Assembly (NCBI GenBank): GCA_963823665.1
Contig: CAWGMQ010000010.1
Location: 2,208,001 to 2,272,000, forward strand
Reading direction: 5' to 3'
Source of the DNA: an uncultured Planctomycetota bacterium
GTDB taxonomy: Bacteria > Planctomycetota > Planctomycetia > Isosphaerales > Isosphaeraceae
Length of the DNA: 64,000 nucleotides
Shown: one piece after another, positions 45,001-48,000 of the stretch
How positions within the stretch are numbered: position 1 is the first letter of the stretch
Layout: each line of letters begins with the position of its first letter
The notes under the pieces: model-generated
Told to the model about the DNA's origin: nothing
The model's input: the letters and a program-made list of their open reading frames with translations, nothing else
Databases searched by the model: none
Translations under genes and position numbers: made by a program

Positions 45001-48000
45001 CGTCGCAAACGTGCTCGCCGTGAATGCCGCCCCTGGCGTCCCCTGGTTCAAGAGCACGCTCACCGTGCTGTTGCCGTTGTTGGCTGTCGCCAGGTCAACC
45101 TTGCCATCGCTGGTGAGTTGCACGGCCACCACGTCGATCGGGTTGGTGCTGCTGCCGGTCGCGTAAGTGATCTGGGTGCCGAACGTGCCGTTGCCGTTGC
45201 CCGGCAGGATGCTCACCGTATTGCTGCCGTAGTTGGCGGTCGCCACGTCCAGCTTGCCGTCGCCGTTGAAGTCGGCGATGACCAGGTTGCCGGGGTTCGA
45301 GCCCACGGGATAGTTGACGGCGCTGGCGAAGGTGCCATTGCCCTGGTTCAAGAGCACGCTCACGTTGGCGCTGTTCCAGTTGGCCACCGCCAGGTCGTTG
45401 CCGTTCTTGCCGTCCAGGTCGGCAATGGCAACGCCCCGCGGGCTGGAGCCAACCGCGTAAGTGACCGGGGTCTGGAAGGTGCCGTCGCCGTTGCCGAAGA
45501 GCACACTGACGCTATTCGAGCCGTAGTTGGCCACGGCGATATCGGCCTTGCCGTCACCGTTCAAGTCGCCGATGGCAACGGCGATCGGGTTACTGCCGAC
45601 CGCGTAAGTCACCGGGGCCTGGAAGGTGCCGTTGCCGTTGCCCAAAAGCACCGAGATCGTGCCGCTGTTGTAGTTGGCCGTGACCAGGTCAAGCGGCTGG
45701 CCGGCACCGCGCAGGGCCGCCGAGGCGGTGAAGTAGGGCTGGTTGCCCGAAACCGAGTACGAATTCGGCGAGTAGGTCCCGTCCGGCTGGCTGGTGGGTG
45801 TCACCAGCGGCGTCGCCGTCCCGGGGCTGTTGTTATTACGGCTCTCCAGGGTGTAGGGCGCGACGCCGGTTACGTTGAACGAGAGGGTGTAGGGCACCAG
45901 CAGGTTGCTGGTCCGGTCGGTCAGCCCGGAGATGGTGAGCGTGTAGCTGCCCGGCTGGAGCGGGCCGTCGCTGATCAAGTAACCGGCCGAGGTGCCGCTC
46001 GAGTAGCCCGGGCTGGTCATATGGTAGACGTTGCCCTGGCTGTCTTGCAGCAGGTAGTCGGCCATGTTGTTGACCGTTGCCGCGTTCAGATCCTCGGAGA
46101 AATTGAGCGTGAAGCGGTCGATCACCGCTGATGAAGTTGAGCCCTGTCCGGGCAGCGTGTCGCCGGTGATCTGCGGCGACGTCGTGTTGGCGACATCGAT
46201 CGAGAGCACGTACTGGCCCAGCAGTCCGGTCGATTCGGGGACCACGGCCGAGATCGAGCCGCCGCTGAACTGGTAGGCCGTGTTGCTGTCGTTGCCCAGC
46301 GCACCAGACACGCCCAGGGTGATGCTGCCGCCGAATCCGGCGTTGTCGAAGTTGCCCGAGCTGTCGTAGGCCACCGTGCCGTTGCTCTCGCCCAGACGGT
46401 AATAGGCCACCGGGTTCTGGCTCAGGATCACCGAGCTGTAGCTGCCGCTGTTGCGGGCAGCGTACTGGGCCTGGATCTGCGCGGCCGTCAATGTCCCGTC
46501 GAAGTAGGCCACCTCGTCGAGCACGCCGGTGAAGGCGTAACTCCCGCCGACGTAGTTGCCGATGGCGGTGCTGGTGGCGACCAGCGGCGCACCGACGGTT
46601 GTACCCACACGTTGGGTCAGGGTCTGCTGCACGCCGTCGATCCAGAGCTGATCGTTGGTGACGACGCCATCGACAAAGACCGCCGTGACCAGATGCCAAC
46701 TGTTGGCCAGCCCGGCGCTGCTGATGCCGTAAACGTAGCTCTCGTTGGTGTCGAAGCCAAACGAGCCGCTGTTGAGGAACAGGTTGTAGTTGTTGCTGAA
46801 GCTGATCGGCATCTCGCTGTTGGTGCCGTTCCAGTTCATCCAGAACGAGACCGTGGTCGTGCTGGCCGAGCTGACCCGGGCGTAGTAAGTACCCCCCTGG
46901 CCGGCGGGCACGGTGTAGCTGAGCGTATTGCCCGCCGTCACGTTGTTGGTCTCGTTCGTGCCGGCGGCATTGTAGATGTTGAGCACGCCCCCCAGCAGGC
47001 TGGTGGCCGGCTGAGACAGCGTCAGATTCAACTGGGTACCGGCCAGCACGTTGCCCAGACTGAAGAAATCGCCGCTGCCATCATTCTGGCTGATGTAGCC
47101 GGCCACCGTCGCCGTCAGGTTCCCCGGCGAGGTGTTGGTCAGCACCGGGACATTGGGACTGCTGCTGACCGAGTCGTTGTAGTGGCTCACCAGTTGCAGC
47201 GTCGGCGGCGCTTCGGTGACCCGGAAGCGATACTCGCCGGTGTAGCCGGAGTTGGGCGTGACCTCGATCAGGTAGGTGCCCGTGTACGGCAACGTGATCG
47301 GGCCCGACTGGCCCTGGCCGTTGTTGTTGCTGGAGTTGCTGGAAGTGAAGGATGTCAAGATGCTGCCGAAGGAGTTCTCGACATAGTAATTCAGGTAGGT
47401 GTTTCCGGCGTTGCCCGGCGTCTCCGACGCCACCTGCACCACGTCGCCGGCCTTCCCCGTCCAACTGAAGAAATCGACATCCGAACTGCTGGACATATTG
47501 CCCCGGCCGTAGCCCGACTCCAGCCCGGTGGTCGCATCCACCGGCAGCGCCTTGACCATGTTGGGCACCAGAACCGTGACGCTATTGCCGTTGTAGTTGG
47601 CGGTGGCCAGTTCGGTGACGCCGTTGCCGTTGAACACCCCGGCGGTGATCCCGATGGGGTTGCCCCCCCCGACCGAGATGCTGATTGCCGGCTGCAAGGT
47701 ACCGTTGCCGTTGCCCAGCAGCATCCCCACCACGTTGTTGCCGTAGCCAGCCACCGCCAGGTCCTGGTTGCCGTCGTCGTTCAAGTCGGCCGCCACCAAG
47801 TGGTAGGGACTGCTGCCGCCGGCCGCGTAGTTCACCGCCGTCGCAAACGTGCTCGCCGTGAATGCCGCCCCTGGCGTCCCCTGGTTCAAGAGCACGCTCA
47901 CCGTGCTGTTGCCGTTGTTGGCTGTCGCCAGGTCAACCTTGCCATCGCTGGTGAGTTGCACGGCCACCACGTCGATCGGGTTGGTGCTGCTGCCGGTCGC

